A DNA stretch of 64,000 nucleotides, taken from contig CAYYJR010000011.1 of NCBI GenBank assembly GCA_964472305.1, positions 547 through 64,546 of the forward strand, written 5' to 3'. Origin of the DNA: an uncultured bacterium. Its GTDB lineage: Bacteria; Armatimonadota; Hebobacteria; CAIYQO01. Shown here piece by piece: positions 39,111 through 49,206 of this stretch. The translations under genes and the position numbers were made by a program. The notes under the pieces are model-generated. The model ran no database searches, was not told where the DNA came from, and saw only the letters and a program-made list of their open reading frames with translations. How positions within the stretch are numbered: position 1 is the first letter of the stretch; every line of letters begins with the position of its first letter.

Positions 39111-40439
39111 ATGCAGAACGCGGAAGCGTTGCGACAACGGATTCTGGAACTGACGCGCGAGTATTATCACGCACAATGGCCTGCACGCCCTTTTCGAGCC
39201 GGCGAAATGCCGGTGCCGGTGAGCGGCAAGGTGTTCGATGATGATGAGCTGGCGTGCCTGGTCGATGCGGCGCTGGATTTCTGGTTGACCACCGGACGTT
39301 ATGCCGAACAGTTTGAGGCGCAATTCGCCGCGGCGGTCGGAGCGCGGCACGCGATGTTGACCAATTCCGGTTCCAGCGCCAACCTGCTGGCGGTGGCTGC
39401 GTTGACCTCGCCCACGCTGGGCGAGCGGCGACTGCGCCCCGGCGACGAAGTGATCACAGTCGCCGCCGGATTTCCCACCACCGTCAATCCAATTCTCCAG
39501 CACGGTTTGACGCCCGTCTTTCTCGACGTGACTATCCCCACGTATAACGTCGATGTGACCCAACTCGAAGCGGCGATGAGCGCGCGGACGAAGGCGGTCA
39601 TCCTGGCACACACGTTGGGGAATCCCTTCGATCTTGCCGCGGTGAGCGCCTTCACCCGCGCGCACGGCTTATGGCTCATTGAAGATTGTTGCGATGCATT
39701 GGGCGCGACCGTGCAGGGGCGGCGCGTCGGTTCCGTAGGCGATCTGGCTACATATAGCTTTTATCCCGCGCACCACATCACGATGGGTGAGGGTGGGGCG
39801 GTGACAACCGCTGACCCACAGTTAAAGCGACTGGTGGAGTCGTTTCGCGACTGGGGGCGTGACTGCTGGTGTCCGCCCGGCCACGACAACACCTGCTGTC
39901 GCCGCTTTGATTGGCAACTGGGCGGCCTGCCCCACGGATACGATCACAAGTTCACCTTTTCGCATATTGGCTACAATTTGAAATCGACCGACTTGCACGC
40001 GGCGGTGGGGGTGGCGCAGTTGCGCAAGCTGCCGGAATTCATCGCGGCGCGCCGGCGCAATTTCGCGCTGCTGCTGGAGGGATTGCGCCCGTTGAACGAG
40101 CAACTGATTTTGCCGGAGGCGACACCCGACAGCGAACCGAGCTGGTTCGGTTGCCCGCTGGCCGTGCGTCCCGGCGCCTCGGTAACGCGCGACGAGATTA
40201 TCCGCCGCCTCGATGCCGCGCGCATCGGCACTCGCCTGCTTTTCGGCGGCAACCTGCTGCGCCAACCGGCGTATCGCGACGTGCCGCACCGTGTCATCGG
40301 CACACTGCCCAACTCCGATTTCGTAATGCATCATGTCTTTTGGCTCGGAGTCTATCCCGGCCTGCATGCGGATATGATCGCCTACCTGCTGGAAACGCTG
40401 CACGGCGCGGTCGCTGCGAAGGTGCAGGCACGCACTTAA
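39111..40439 (+). CDS. DegT/DnrJ/EryC1/StrS-family PLP enzyme, RfbH/DdhC-like (CDP-4-keto-6-deoxyglucose 3-dehydrase-like)
   Basis: [27 protein letters not shown]..., [11 protein letters not shown], and 442 aa in length, all match RfbH-type lipopolysaccharide biosynthesis proteins. Confidence 0.7.
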   Translation: MQNAEALRQRILELTREYYHAQWPARPFRAGEMPVPVSGKVFDDDELACLVDAALDFWLTTGRYAEQFEAQFAAAVGARHAMLTNSGSSANLLAVAALTSPTLGERRLRPGDEVITVAAGFPTTVNPILQHGLTPVFLDVTIPTYNVDVTQLEAAMSARTKAVILAHTLGNPFDLAAVSAFTRAHGLWLIEDCCDALGATVQGRRVGSVGDLATYSFYPAHHITMGEGGAVTTADPQLKRLVESFRDWGRDCWCPPGHDNTCCRRFDWQLGGLPHGYDHKFTFSHIGYNLKSTDLHAAVGVAQLRKLPEFIAARRRNFALLLEGLRPLNEQLILPEATPDSEPSWFGCPLAVRPGASVTRDEIIRRLDAARIGTRLLFGGNLLRQPAYRDVPHRVIGTLPNSDFVMHHVFWLGVYPGLHADMIAYLLETLHGAVAAKVQART

Positions 40440-40487
40440 CGGACAAAGTGGGAAACACATATTTGTACAAAGGAGCAACAAGGCCGG

Positions 40488-43400
40488 TTGTCGAATACTT
40501 CCGGCATGGGCACGGTATCGCTGTGGTTGGGCCCGGCGGGGTGCGGCAAGACCGGCATGGCATTGTCAGTGCTGCGGGAGGAACTTGACCGCGGGTGGCA
40601 GGGAGTGCGCTTGCTGGCGCCGACGGTCGGGCACAAGCAGAGCATCGAGCACCTGTTGCTGGGGTGTGATGAGCGCCGCGGACTGATCGGCGATCCCGTC
40701 ACCACCTTCTTCAACTTCGCGGAAGAGGTGGTGGAGCGCAGCGGCGTGCGCGTGCGCCGGTTGAGCGAACTGCAGAAGCACCTGCTGCTGAAGAAGCTCA
40801 TTCGCGAGACGCCGTTGAGCTATTTCGAGCGCGCGCGCGCCTTTCCCGGCTTTGTGCTGGCGCTGGGCGAGGCGATCGATGAACTGAAGGTGCATATGAT
40901 CCGGCCGGAGGCGCTGCTGGCCGCCGCCGAGATCGCCGGCACGCGCGGCGCGGCCGGTTTCGCGCGCAAGTTGCACGAGCTGGGTGTGCTTTATCAGCAA
41001 TTTCAGACACTGGTATACCGTGAGGACCTGTTCGACAATGAAGGCATCATGTGGATCGCCGCCGAGCACCTGGCCAATCGTCCGGCGCTCTTTGCCGACT
41101 TGCGCTGCCTCATTCTTGACGGCTTCGCCCGTCTGACCCCTATTCAGGTGGAATTTCTTCGCGCCTTCGCGACGCGGCAGACACGCATCATTACGCTGTT
41201 CGATTACCAGGAAGGCCGCTCGGTCGCCTATCATCCGGTGGAAGAGTCACTGCGCAAGCTGGACGAAGCGCGCGTCCAGGGTGGCTTTACCGAGGAGCGC
41301 CGCCTCTTCGACCGTTGCGTGCCCGCGGGCACCACGCTGGCATTCGTGCGCACCGAGCTGTTCTGCGAGCGCCCGCATACCTGCGATCCTGACGACTCGC
41401 TGCACCTGCTGGTCGGCGCCACCCCCGCCCATGAAGCGGAACTGATCGCCCGCGCGGTGCGCGCGTTGCTGCGCGAGGGGCGTCTGGACGGCAAGCCGGT
41501 GACAGTGGACGATATCGCCATCCTGGCGCGCAACGCCGACAGCGTGCGCGAACGACTGGCGCGCACCTTCCGCCGTTTTGGGTTGTCGCTGCGCGAGGAG
41601 CCGCCGTTGCTGGCGCATACTCCGGTGGGGCGCGCTCTGCTGGCGACACTGCGACTGATCCGCGACGACTGGAAGCGTGAGGACTTGCTGACGCTGCTGA
41701 AGAGCGGTTTTTTGGCTATCGACCCCGCGGTGGCGTTCGAAATTGACCTGGCGGCGCGCACGCGGTACCTGCGCAGCCGTAAAGTCACCTGGCTGAGCGA
41801 GTGGCCGGATGAGGCGACCGCCGAGGTGTTGCGTGCGGCGCTGGCGCCCATCGCGATGTTCGACGAGGCGTTCCGCCAACACGGTCTCGACGCCGCCGCG
41901 CTGCTGCAGGCGGTCGAAGCGCTGCTGGAGGCATTCCGCGTTAACGCGTTGCCCGCACAGCCGCCGTTGCCGGACGAACACCCCGCGGAGGCTGCACGGT
42001 ATCGCGAGCAGACGGCGGCGTTTGCCCAGGCGGCGAGTGTGTTGACCGAGTTGCGCGGACTGGATGCGCTGCTGGGCGGTTTTCGCCGCGAGGAGTTGAT
42101 CGAACTGGTCACCACTTCGCTGCTGCACGTGCGTATGCCCGCCCGGTCCGGTGAAGGCGTAGCATTGCTCTCCGCGCACACTACCGGCGGGCAAAAGTTT
42201 CCAGTCGTGTTCCTCTGCGACTTGCTGCAAGGCGTCTTCCCGCGCCGCCAGCGCGAATCGGCCTTTCTACTCGATCACGAGCGCGACGAGACGTTGCGCG
42301 ACTTGAACGTGCTCATCGACACCCGCAAGCATCTGGAGGAAGACGAACAGTTTTGGTTTCTCCACGCGCTGTCCTCCGCCACCCGGCGGCTGGTACTCAG
42401 CTATCCGGCGCACGACGGCGATGGCCGCTCGCTGGAAACGTCGACCTTCGTGGACGAGGTGCTGCGGCTGGCACCCGCGCTGGTGGCAACCGCCGGGCGC
42501 ACGTCCTTCCGCGACGTGGTGCCGCCGCTGGAACAGGCGGAAAGCGCCGCGGAGTTTCTCGCCGGGCTGGTGCTCGGGCTGCGCACCGCGCGGGATCGGC
42601 AGGATTGCGCACAATTGGCTGTCGCCTACACCGCGAGCGCGCCGACGCACCGCACCCGCCTGGCTGCGTTTTTTCGCGCTGCGCAATCCGCCATCCCGGC
42701 GCTGGTCGCCCCCAACCTGCTGGACCGGGTGCGCGCGCGCCCCCGCGCGTATTCCGCTTCCGAACTGCAATCATACCTGGATTGCCCGTTCCTCTGGTTC
42801 GGCGCCTTCTGTCTGGCGGTCAGGCCGGTGGTGGAGGAATACGGCCCACTCGACCGCGGTGCCATCCTGCATGCGGTGCTGGAACAGCTCTACCGCGGTC
42901 GGCAACGGCGTCCCGGCGAACCGGTGCACCTGGAAGGCATCGATCCGGAGGCACTGTGGCCGGAAGTGGAAGCGGCGCTGCGGGAGCGACTGGCGCAGGA
43001 ACCGCGCTTTACAAACCGTCCCACCTTCCTGCGCGACATCGAGATGGAGAGCCTGTGCCGCCTGCTGCGGCGTTTCATCGCCAATGAGATTGTTCGCGCG
43101 CGCACCCGGCGCACGCATCCTGCCTATTTCGAGCGCCATTTCGGCAGTGGCCGTTACCAGCCGCTGCTGCTGGGCGACGGCACGGTGCCGCTGCGCGGCG
43201 TTATCGACCGCATCGACCTGGTTGATGATAATCCCGAGTGCGCGGTGGTGGTGGACTACAAGACTTCCGCGGGGATGACGTTGAAGGAGTTGGAGAGCGG
43301 CACCGTGCTGCAGGCGCCCATTTATGCGCTGGCACTCGAGCGCGTAACCGGTTTCACGCCGCTGGGCGTCGAGTTCATGGATTTGCGCCAGGGTGAAGGC

Positions 43401-43676
43401 AAAGGCATCTTTCATCAGGACGCCACCAAGCTCTATGGCAGTGGGAAAGGGATGAAAACGCTTGACGCCGTGGCCTGGCAGGCCTACCTTGCCGCCTGTG
43501 AAACCCGCCTCGTGGCCGCCGCCGGCGCCATGGCTGCCGGACATATCCCCCTTTCCCCCATGACCAAGCACTGTCCCCGCCATTGCGACTACCTCTCCCT
43601 CTGCCGCGGCGAACCCTTCTCCCTGGAAGAAATCGTCCGCGCCGGGAATAGCGAGACGCACTCGGTGGCCGAGTAG
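40488..43676 (+). CDS. addB: AddB/RexB-type helicase-nuclease subunit (PD-(D/E)XK nuclease with Fe-S cysteines)
   Basis: N-terminal degenerate P-loop LWLGPAGCGKTG and collinear similarity to B. subtilis AddB (QKHLLLKKLIRE, KLHELGVLYQQF, LILDGFARLTPIQVEFLRAF). C-terminal RecB-family nuclease motif VVDYKTS flanked by Cys (DCPFLWFGAFC ... KHCPRHCDYLSLC). TTG start at 40488 or ATG at 40506. Confidence 0.75.
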   Translation: MSNTSGMGTVSLWLGPAGCGKTGMALSVLREELDRGWQGVRLLAPTVGHKQSIEHLLLGCDERRGLIGDPVTTFFNFAEEVVERSGVRVRRLSELQKHLLLKKLIRETPLSYFERARAFPGFVLALGEAIDELKVHMIRPEALLAAAEIAGTRGAAGFARKLHELGVLYQQFQTLVYREDLFDNEGIMWIAAEHLANRPALFADLRCLILDGFARLTPIQVEFLRAFATRQTRIITLFDYQEGRSVAYHPVEESLRKLDEARVQGGFTEERRLFDRCVPAGTTLAFVRTELFCERPHTCDPDDSLHLLVGATPAHEAELIARAVRALLREGRLDGKPVTVDDIAILARNADSVRERLARTFRRFGLSLREEPPLLAHTPVGRALLATLRLIRDDWKREDLLTLLKSGFLAIDPAVAFEIDLAARTRYLRSRKVTWLSEWPDEATAEVLRAALAPIAMFDEAFRQHGLDAAALLQAVEALLEAFRVNALPAQPPLPDEHPAEAARYREQTAAFAQAASVLTELRGLDALLGGFRREELIELVTTSLLHVRMPARSGEGVALLSAHTTGGQKFPVVFLCDLLQGVFPRRQRESAFLLDHERDETLRDLNVLIDTRKHLEEDEQFWFLHALSSATRRLVLSYPAHDGDGRSLETSTFVDEVLRLAPALVATAGRTSFRDVVPPLEQAESAAEFLAGLVLGLRTARDRQDCAQLAVAYTASAPTHRTRLAAFFRAAQSAIPALVAPNLLDRVRARPRAYSASELQSYLDCPFLWFGAFCLAVRPVVEEYGPLDRGAILHAVLEQLYRGRQRRPGEPVHLEGIDPEALWPEVEAALRERLAQEPRFTNRPTFLRDIEMESLCRLLRRFIANEIVRARTRRTHPAYFERHFGSGRYQPLLLGDGTVPLRGVIDRIDLVDDNPECAVVVDYKTSAGMTLKELESGTVLQAPIYALALERVTGFTPLGVEFMDLRQGEGKGIFHQDATKLYGSGKGMKTLDAVAWQAYLAACETRLVAAAGAMAAGHIPLSPMTKHCPRHCDYLSLCRGEPFSLEEIVRAGNSETHSVAE

Positions 43677-43856
43677 GCAGTTTGGGTGATATGCCGGGAG
43701 GAATATCGGCTGGCATGTGTCTGAATTGACACATGCGGGTATGCCGTCGCGGGCAGCAAGCAGGGACTGACATGTTTAGCCCTCACCAGCGTCGGGTAAT
43801 CCCCCTGAGGGATGGTTTCTGATTTCAACGCTCGCCCTGGTGGGCAACTGGCGGCT

Positions 43857-44897
43857 ATGGAAATATTCACCTGCAGACAATGCGGTGCGGTGTGTGACGA
43901 ACAGACGGAGTCTTGCGCAGCTTGCGGCGCGCTCTTGCCGCGGGAGGCGGAGGCGCTGGCACCACCCGATCCAAAGACGCTGCGTGTGCGCGAACTGCTG
44001 GATCAGTCGCGCCGCCAGCAACACGTGGGCGACCTGACCACTGCCATTCGTTGCGCGCGCGAGGCGCTGCTGCTCCGCCCGGATTGCTCCACCATACACG
44101 CCACCCTGGGTGCGCTGTATGAGCAGGTGGGCGACGAAGTCGCGGCGCGGTATCATTTTCAGACCGCGCTGTCGGTGACACCCGTGCACGACTGCCCGGT
44201 GCCGCCGGTCGTCCCGGAGTTCGCGGCGGTCCGCGCTTCTTCCGGCAGTTGGCGCACGCTGGTGCTCATCGGCTGCATCCTGTTCAGCGGGGTAGCCGTA
44301 TTGTTCACCCTGTGGCCCATCGAGCGCGACATCGAACGTGGCACCATTATCCATTCCCCTTCGCCGGCGGCAACGAACTGGATCGATCACGTACCGGAGC
44401 CGGCACCCGTGAAGCAAACGGAACCGGACGAAACCACCGCCAACGACACCGGCACGGGGAAAACACCTGTCCCGGCATCCGCCGATCCGAAACCCAATCC
44501 GGCATCGGCAACACCGGCAACGGTGACGCCCGCGAGCATGACCACCGTGGTGCTGGGGCCCAGCGCCAGTTCGAGCGTACCGGCCGTCGCGAACGCGCCG
44601 ACGCTGGAACAGGCCGAGCAAGCGGAGTTTACCGGTAATTACGAGCGCGCGGTGGCAACCTACGAAGCGCTATTACGCCAGCAGGACAAGCCCAATCCGA
44701 ATCTGCATCACAAGCTGGCGTTGAACTACCAGCGTCTGGGCAATACGCCGAAAGCCGCCGAACACCTTAACTCCGCCGTGCAGGATTTTCGGAAGCAAGT
44801 GGCGGACAATCCGCAGGATACCGTTGCCCAGCAGGAATTACGCAACTGCGAAGCCGCGCTGAAAATGCTGAACACCCACGACCAGACCGCGCCCTGA
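43857..44897 (+). CDS. Membrane-anchored TPR protein with N-terminal zinc ribbon
   Basis: MEIFTCRQCGAVCDEQTESCAACGALLP (C4 ribbon), TPR units, one TM helix (TLVLIGCILFSGVAVLFTLW), a Pro/Thr/Ala-rich linker, and C-terminal TPR units. Confidence 0.55.
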   Translation: MEIFTCRQCGAVCDEQTESCAACGALLPREAEALAPPDPKTLRVRELLDQSRRQQHVGDLTTAIRCAREALLLRPDCSTIHATLGALYEQVGDEVAARYHFQTALSVTPVHDCPVPPVVPEFAAVRASSGSWRTLVLIGCILFSGVAVLFTLWPIERDIERGTIIHSPSPAATNWIDHVPEPAPVKQTEPDETTANDTGTGKTPVPASADPKPNPASATPATVTPASMTTVVLGPSASSSVPAVANAPTLEQAEQAEFTGNYERAVATYEALLRQQDKPNPNLHHKLALNYQRLGNTPKAAEHLNSAVQDFRKQVADNPQDTVAQQELRNCEAALKMLNTHDQTAP

Positions 44898-44940
44898 GTT
44901 CTCCACCGGGCATCGTATCACACCACAAGGGAGCTGACAC

Positions 44941-46071
44941 GTGCGTCTCGCCATTACCTGTTTTGCCGGCATCGGCGGCAGCGGCATTGTCGCTACCGAA
45001 TTGGGCAAAGGCCTGGCCGCCCGTGGCCACGAGGTGCATTTTGTCTGCGCCGACATGCCGTTCCGCCTGGAGGATCTGTCCGCGCGCCTGTATTTTCATC
45101 CCGTGCGCCCATTCCCCTATCCGGTGCTGCAAAGCCCGCTTTACGATCTGGCGTTGGCATCGCGGTTAGCCGAGGTGATGGCTGAGCAGCAGCTTGAGTT
45201 GCTGCACGTGCACTATGCCATCCCGCATGCCATCTCCGCGTACCTGGCACGGCAAATCTGCACGCATTCCTTCCCGGTGATTACCACGCTGCACGGCACC
45301 GATACGCGGCTGGTAGGGCTCGATCCCTCATATCGACCGATCACCCGCTTCAGTCTGGAACAATCCGACGGCGTGACGGCGGTGTCGCGCCACTTGGCCG
45401 ATGCCACCCAGGAGGATTTCGCGCTCACTCATCCCATCACGGTGTTGCACAACTTCGTCGATACCGTGCGCTTCCGCCGGCGCGAACTGCCCCACTGCTA
45501 TCGCGCGCAGTTCGCCGAGGAGAACGAGCGCCTGCTGGTGCATATTTCCAATATGCGCCCGGTGAAGCGTCTTCTCGATATCGTGCGCGCTTTCGCCCTG
45601 GTGCAGCATGCGCTGCCTGCCCGGCTGGTGCTGGTGGGTGACGGGCCGGATCGGTTCGCGGCGGAACGGCTGGCCTGCGAATTGGAAGTGGCTGACCGCG
45701 TCACCTTCGCGGGCAATATCGCGCACGTGGAGAATGTGCTGGCGGTGGCCGATCTGTTCCTGCTCGCATCCGAAGTGGAATCGTTCGGATTAGCCGCGCT
45801 GGAGGCAATGGCTTGCGGCGTGCCGGTAGTCGGCACCGCCATCGGTGGCGTGCCGGAGGTTGTGACCGACGGCGTGGATGGCCTGCTGGTGGGGGTGGAT
45901 GACCCGGAAGCGCTGGCGGAGGCCGCATTGTCGCTGTTGCGGGTGCCCGAGCGACTGGCCGCCTTCGCCCGTGCCGCATACACACGGGTGGAAACCGACT
46001 TCAGTCTCGAGGCCGGCATCAGCGCCTATGAACGCTATTACGCGCAATTCCTCGCTCGCGCCGTCGTCTAA
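44941..46071 (+). CDS. bshA: GT4 glycosyltransferase, BshA-like (N-acetyl-alpha-D-glucosaminyl L-malate synthase-like)
   Basis: The N-terminus MRLAITCFAGIGGSGIVATELGKGLAARGHEVHFVCADMPFRLED is near-identical in pattern to BshA ([33 protein letters not shown]). The C-terminal GT4 E-x7-E region is present (FGLAALEAMACGVPVVGTAIGGVPEVV). GTG start behind AAGGGAG. Confidence 0.6.
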   Translation: MRLAITCFAGIGGSGIVATELGKGLAARGHEVHFVCADMPFRLEDLSARLYFHPVRPFPYPVLQSPLYDLALASRLAEVMAEQQLELLHVHYAIPHAISAYLARQICTHSFPVITTLHGTDTRLVGLDPSYRPITRFSLEQSDGVTAVSRHLADATQEDFALTHPITVLHNFVDTVRFRRRELPHCYRAQFAEENERLLVHISNMRPVKRLLDIVRAFALVQHALPARLVLVGDGPDRFAAERLACELEVADRVTFAGNIAHVENVLAVADLFLLASEVESFGLAALEAMACGVPVVGTAIGGVPEVVTDGVDGLLVGVDDPEALAEAALSLLRVPERLAAFARAAYTRVETDFSLEAGISAYERYYAQFLARAVV

Positions 46072-46394
46072 AGCGGTATTTCCATCGGTTTTCACCGAAG
46101 CGCAGCGCGTATTTTTCGATATCTTCGCCCTGCCGTGCTGGCGTTTCTTTACCGGGAGATCGCATGGTTGGTGCCCGGTTACACCCGTGTTCCCAGAGGG
46201 AATACAGCGCTGCTGCCCGGCATAAAATCATTCGCCCACTAGGAAATCGCTGTAAAATATGGTACAATCCTATCATCCTCGTCGGAGAGCGCCTGTGAAG
46301 CCGGCCAGGAAGCGAGATGCATGCCGGTCATCCCTGAGTAATTCGGGGGCCAGATGTTCTTTAGCTTACATGTCAATCCGCTGGAGGAGCTTGC

Positions 46395-47609
46395 ATGCCA
46401 TCATTTCGGTATAATGCCATTGACCAGACGGGGCGCCCGTATTCCGGTACGCTGGACGCTGAAAATCTGGAAGCGGTGCGCGCAAAATTAGCCGAGTTAC
46501 GCTACTACGTCGTTGGGATTGCAGAGATCGGCACCACCACCAGCCTCAACGATTACCTCAAAGCCTTCTCGCGGGTCAAGCAGAAAGAACTCGTCGTTTT
46601 CAGCCGGCAGTTTGCCACGATGATCGACGCCGGTTTGAGCGTATTGAAGTGCCTGGACATTCTCAATCGCCAGACGAAAGACCCGGTGTTGCGCGACACG
46701 CTGGCGACCGTACGCCATGATGTCAACGGCGGTGCCAGCCTTACCGAGGCCATGAGCAAGCACCCGCGCGTGTTCAGTAAGTTATACGTCAATATGGTGC
46801 GCTCCGCGGAGGCCGGCGGTATTCTCGACCAGGTACTCGATCGCCTGGCGACTTTCCTGGAAAAAGACCTTGACCTGCGGCATAAAGTCAGCTCGGCGAT
46901 GATGTATCCGACGGTGGTTTTCGTGTTCTCCGCCGTCGTGATGTGCGTCATGATGTGGTGGGTGCTGCCCCGTTTCGCCACGATTTTCGAAGAGATGGGA
47001 TTGAAAGAGCTGCCGTTTACCACCAAGGTCATGCTGGGATTTGCCACCAGTACGAAGAAATACTGGTACCTGGTCATCATGTCCATCGTCGCCGCCATCG
47101 TCGGCATCAAACTCTACGGACGCACACCGACCGGCGCATTGCACCTAGATAAACTCAAGCTGCGCATGCCGATTTTTGGCGATATCATGATGAAAGTTGC
47201 TATTTCGCGCTTCGCTCGCACCTTCGGCACGCTGATCTCCAGCGGTGTCCCGGTGTTGCGCGCCATGGAAATCACCTCCGATACCTCCGGCAACCTCGCC
47301 ATTGCCCAGGTTATTGAAAAAGCACGCACCAGTGTGAAAGAAGGCGAAAAAATCAGCGATCCCATGCAGAACAGCGAGTATTTCCCGGTCATGGTCACTC
47401 AGATGATTTCCGTGGGGGAAGAGACCGGGCGCCTCGATCAAATGCTCGTCAAAGTCTCTGATTTCTATGAAGCCGAAGTGGATGCCTTGCTCAAAGGCCT
47501 GGCCTCACTCATCGAACCATTTATGATTGTCGGTCTGGGGATCATGGTCGGTTTCATCGCCGTGAGCGTCATTTCCCCAATTTATACGCTGGTGGGCAGT
47601 GTGCATTAA
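46395..47609 (+). CDS. Type II secretion / type IV pilus platform protein (GspF/PilC family)
   Basis: 404 aa. Two GspF repeats are present (FSRQFATMIDAGLSVLKCL...; FARTFGTLISSGVPVLRAM...) with three TM helices. RBS GGAGGAG. Its stop TAA is immediately followed by the ATG of the next gene. Confidence 0.8.
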   Translation: MPSFRYNAIDQTGRPYSGTLDAENLEAVRAKLAELRYYVVGIAEIGTTTSLNDYLKAFSRVKQKELVVFSRQFATMIDAGLSVLKCLDILNRQTKDPVLRDTLATVRHDVNGGASLTEAMSKHPRVFSKLYVNMVRSAEAGGILDQVLDRLATFLEKDLDLRHKVSSAMMYPTVVFVFSAVVMCVMMWWVLPRFATIFEEMGLKELPFTTKVMLGFATSTKKYWYLVIMSIVAAIVGIKLYGRTPTGALHLDKLKLRMPIFGDIMMKVAISRFARTFGTLISSGVPVLRAMEITSDTSGNLAIAQVIEKARTSVKEGEKISDPMQNSEYFPVMVTQMISVGEETGRLDQMLVKVSDFYEAEVDALLKGLASLIEPFMIVGLGIMVGFIAVSVISPIYTLVGSVH

Positions 47610-48977
47610 ATGACTCCTCAGAATCCAGACACCGTTGACAACGCCTCCACCCGTGCCGCGGGAGAGCTGGACACGCTGGCGCAGTTTCGCGCCTTTCGTG
47701 CAACGCACGACATCGCCCTGCGGGATCAACTCGTCTGTCGCTATCTGCACCTGGTGCACAGCGTCGCCCGCCGCTTCAGCGGCATGGGCGAATCGGTGGA
47801 GGATCTGGTGCAGGAAGGCACTATCGGCTTGCTGAACGCCGTCGACCTGTACGATCCCGAACGGGGAGTTAAATTCAGCACGTATGCCTGCCACCTCATC
47901 ACCAGCCAGATGCAGCACTACCTGCGCGACCGCGGCCGGCTGATCCGTCAACCGGCGTGGGTGCAGGAACTGAACACCAAAATTACCCGCTCCACCGAAC
48001 AGCTCGCGCAGGAACTGGGACGCGATCCCTCGTCGGCAGAGGTGGCGGAACGGTTGAACATCTCTGAGGATTCGGTGCAGAACGTGCTGGCCGCCCGCGA
48101 GTTGAACCGTGTGATGTCGCTTAACGCCCCCGCCGACGGCAGCAGCGACTCCGAGTTGTCGCTGGTGGAAAAGGAGAAGGGATCCGTCTCCAAGCTGACT
48201 GCAATGCAGTTGCCGGTGGAAGATCGCATCGTGCTCGACGACGCAATTAACGGTCTGAAAGAGCTGGAACAAAAAGTGGTGCGCCTCTTCTTTTTCGGCG
48301 ATTTCAACCAGACGGAGATCGCGCGCAAACTCGGCATTTCGGTCAACTACTCGTCCTATTTGCTCCGCCGCTCAGTCACGAAGATCAAAGCGGTACTGGA
48401 TGAACAGCGCATCCAGGAAACGGCGGCATTACTGGAGAGTGAAACCGAGCGTATACAGTTATCGGCCGATCTACCAACCCACGATGCCGTCGCCGGCGTT
48501 TATTCCGGTGCCTATCTGCGCGCACGGGTTGCCGAAGAGATTGCCCGCGGTCGCCGTTATCCGACCAATTTCGCGCTGATGCTGGCTGGCGTGCAAGGCT
48601 TCGATCCCGCTGATGCCGAGCAGGCGCGGCTGGTGCTGCCGCCTATCGGACAGTTGCTGCGCAGTTGTACCCGCATTGTGGACCTGACCGCCCATATCGG
48701 CAACGGTCAGTTCGGATTGCTGCTCCCCCACACGGGCCGCGAGGCGAAGGTGCTTGGTGAGCGCCTGTGCGTTCAGGTGGCCACGCGCGAATTGCTACCT
48801 CCCGGCTGCATGCTGTCGCTGGTGTTGAATGTCGGATTCGCGGTCTTCCCGATGGAGGGCGCCAGTGTGGAGATGCTGTTTGATCGCGCGGAACACGCGC
48901 TGGCGCAGGCTGTCAAGGCCGGGCACAATACCGTCATGGGAGTGCCGGTTGCCCGTATCCCGCTGAAAGTGGTGTAA
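47610..48977 (+). CDS. Group-3 (SigB/SigF-like) sigma-70 factor fused to a degenerate GGDEF domain with an intact I-site
   Basis: Sigma region 2 (DLVQEGTIGLLNAVDLYDPERGVKFSTYACHLI) and region 4 HTH (QTEIARKLGISVNYSSYLLRRSV). Residues ~285-455 align to GGDEF, but the active site is GNGQF, the DxD metal site is lost (LAGVQG) and RIVD sits exactly 5 residues before it (RxxD I-site retained). The C-terminal DRAEHALAQAVKAGHNTV matches the GGDEF tail. Confidence 0.7.
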   Translation: MTPQNPDTVDNASTRAAGELDTLAQFRAFRATHDIALRDQLVCRYLHLVHSVARRFSGMGESVEDLVQEGTIGLLNAVDLYDPERGVKFSTYACHLITSQMQHYLRDRGRLIRQPAWVQELNTKITRSTEQLAQELGRDPSSAEVAERLNISEDSVQNVLAARELNRVMSLNAPADGSSDSELSLVEKEKGSVSKLTAMQLPVEDRIVLDDAINGLKELEQKVVRLFFFGDFNQTEIARKLGISVNYSSYLLRRSVTKIKAVLDEQRIQETAALLESETERIQLSADLPTHDAVAGVYSGAYLRARVAEEIARGRRYPTNFALMLAGVQGFDPADAEQARLVLPPIGQLLRSCTRIVDLTAHIGNGQFGLLLPHTGREAKVLGERLCVQVATRELLPPGCMLSLVLNVGFAVFPMEGASVEMLFDRAEHALAQAVKAGHNTVMGVPVARIPLKVV

Positions 48978-49206
48978 CCTGTCCGGCATGGCTTCAACGT
49001 CGTGTGGCATGATCGGTGACACATGGCGTGGGAATGGTGTGTTTCTGCTCTTGATGAAGAAGGAATCGTGCAAATACCGGCGAATAGCTAAAGATACGAT
49101 GAAAAACGATAACCCTCCCACAGCGCACCCCCGGTCGCGGGGCAGGCGTAATGGTCGGATAAGACGACGCACTTCGTGGATGACAGGCAATGGCAGGGGT
49201 GCGAGC

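Noticed and set aside
43720-43745. 9-bp inverted repeat GCATGTGTC-N6-GACACATGC after addB
   Set aside because: It is short and lacks a U-tract. It could be an operator or weak terminator, but the evidence is insufficient.
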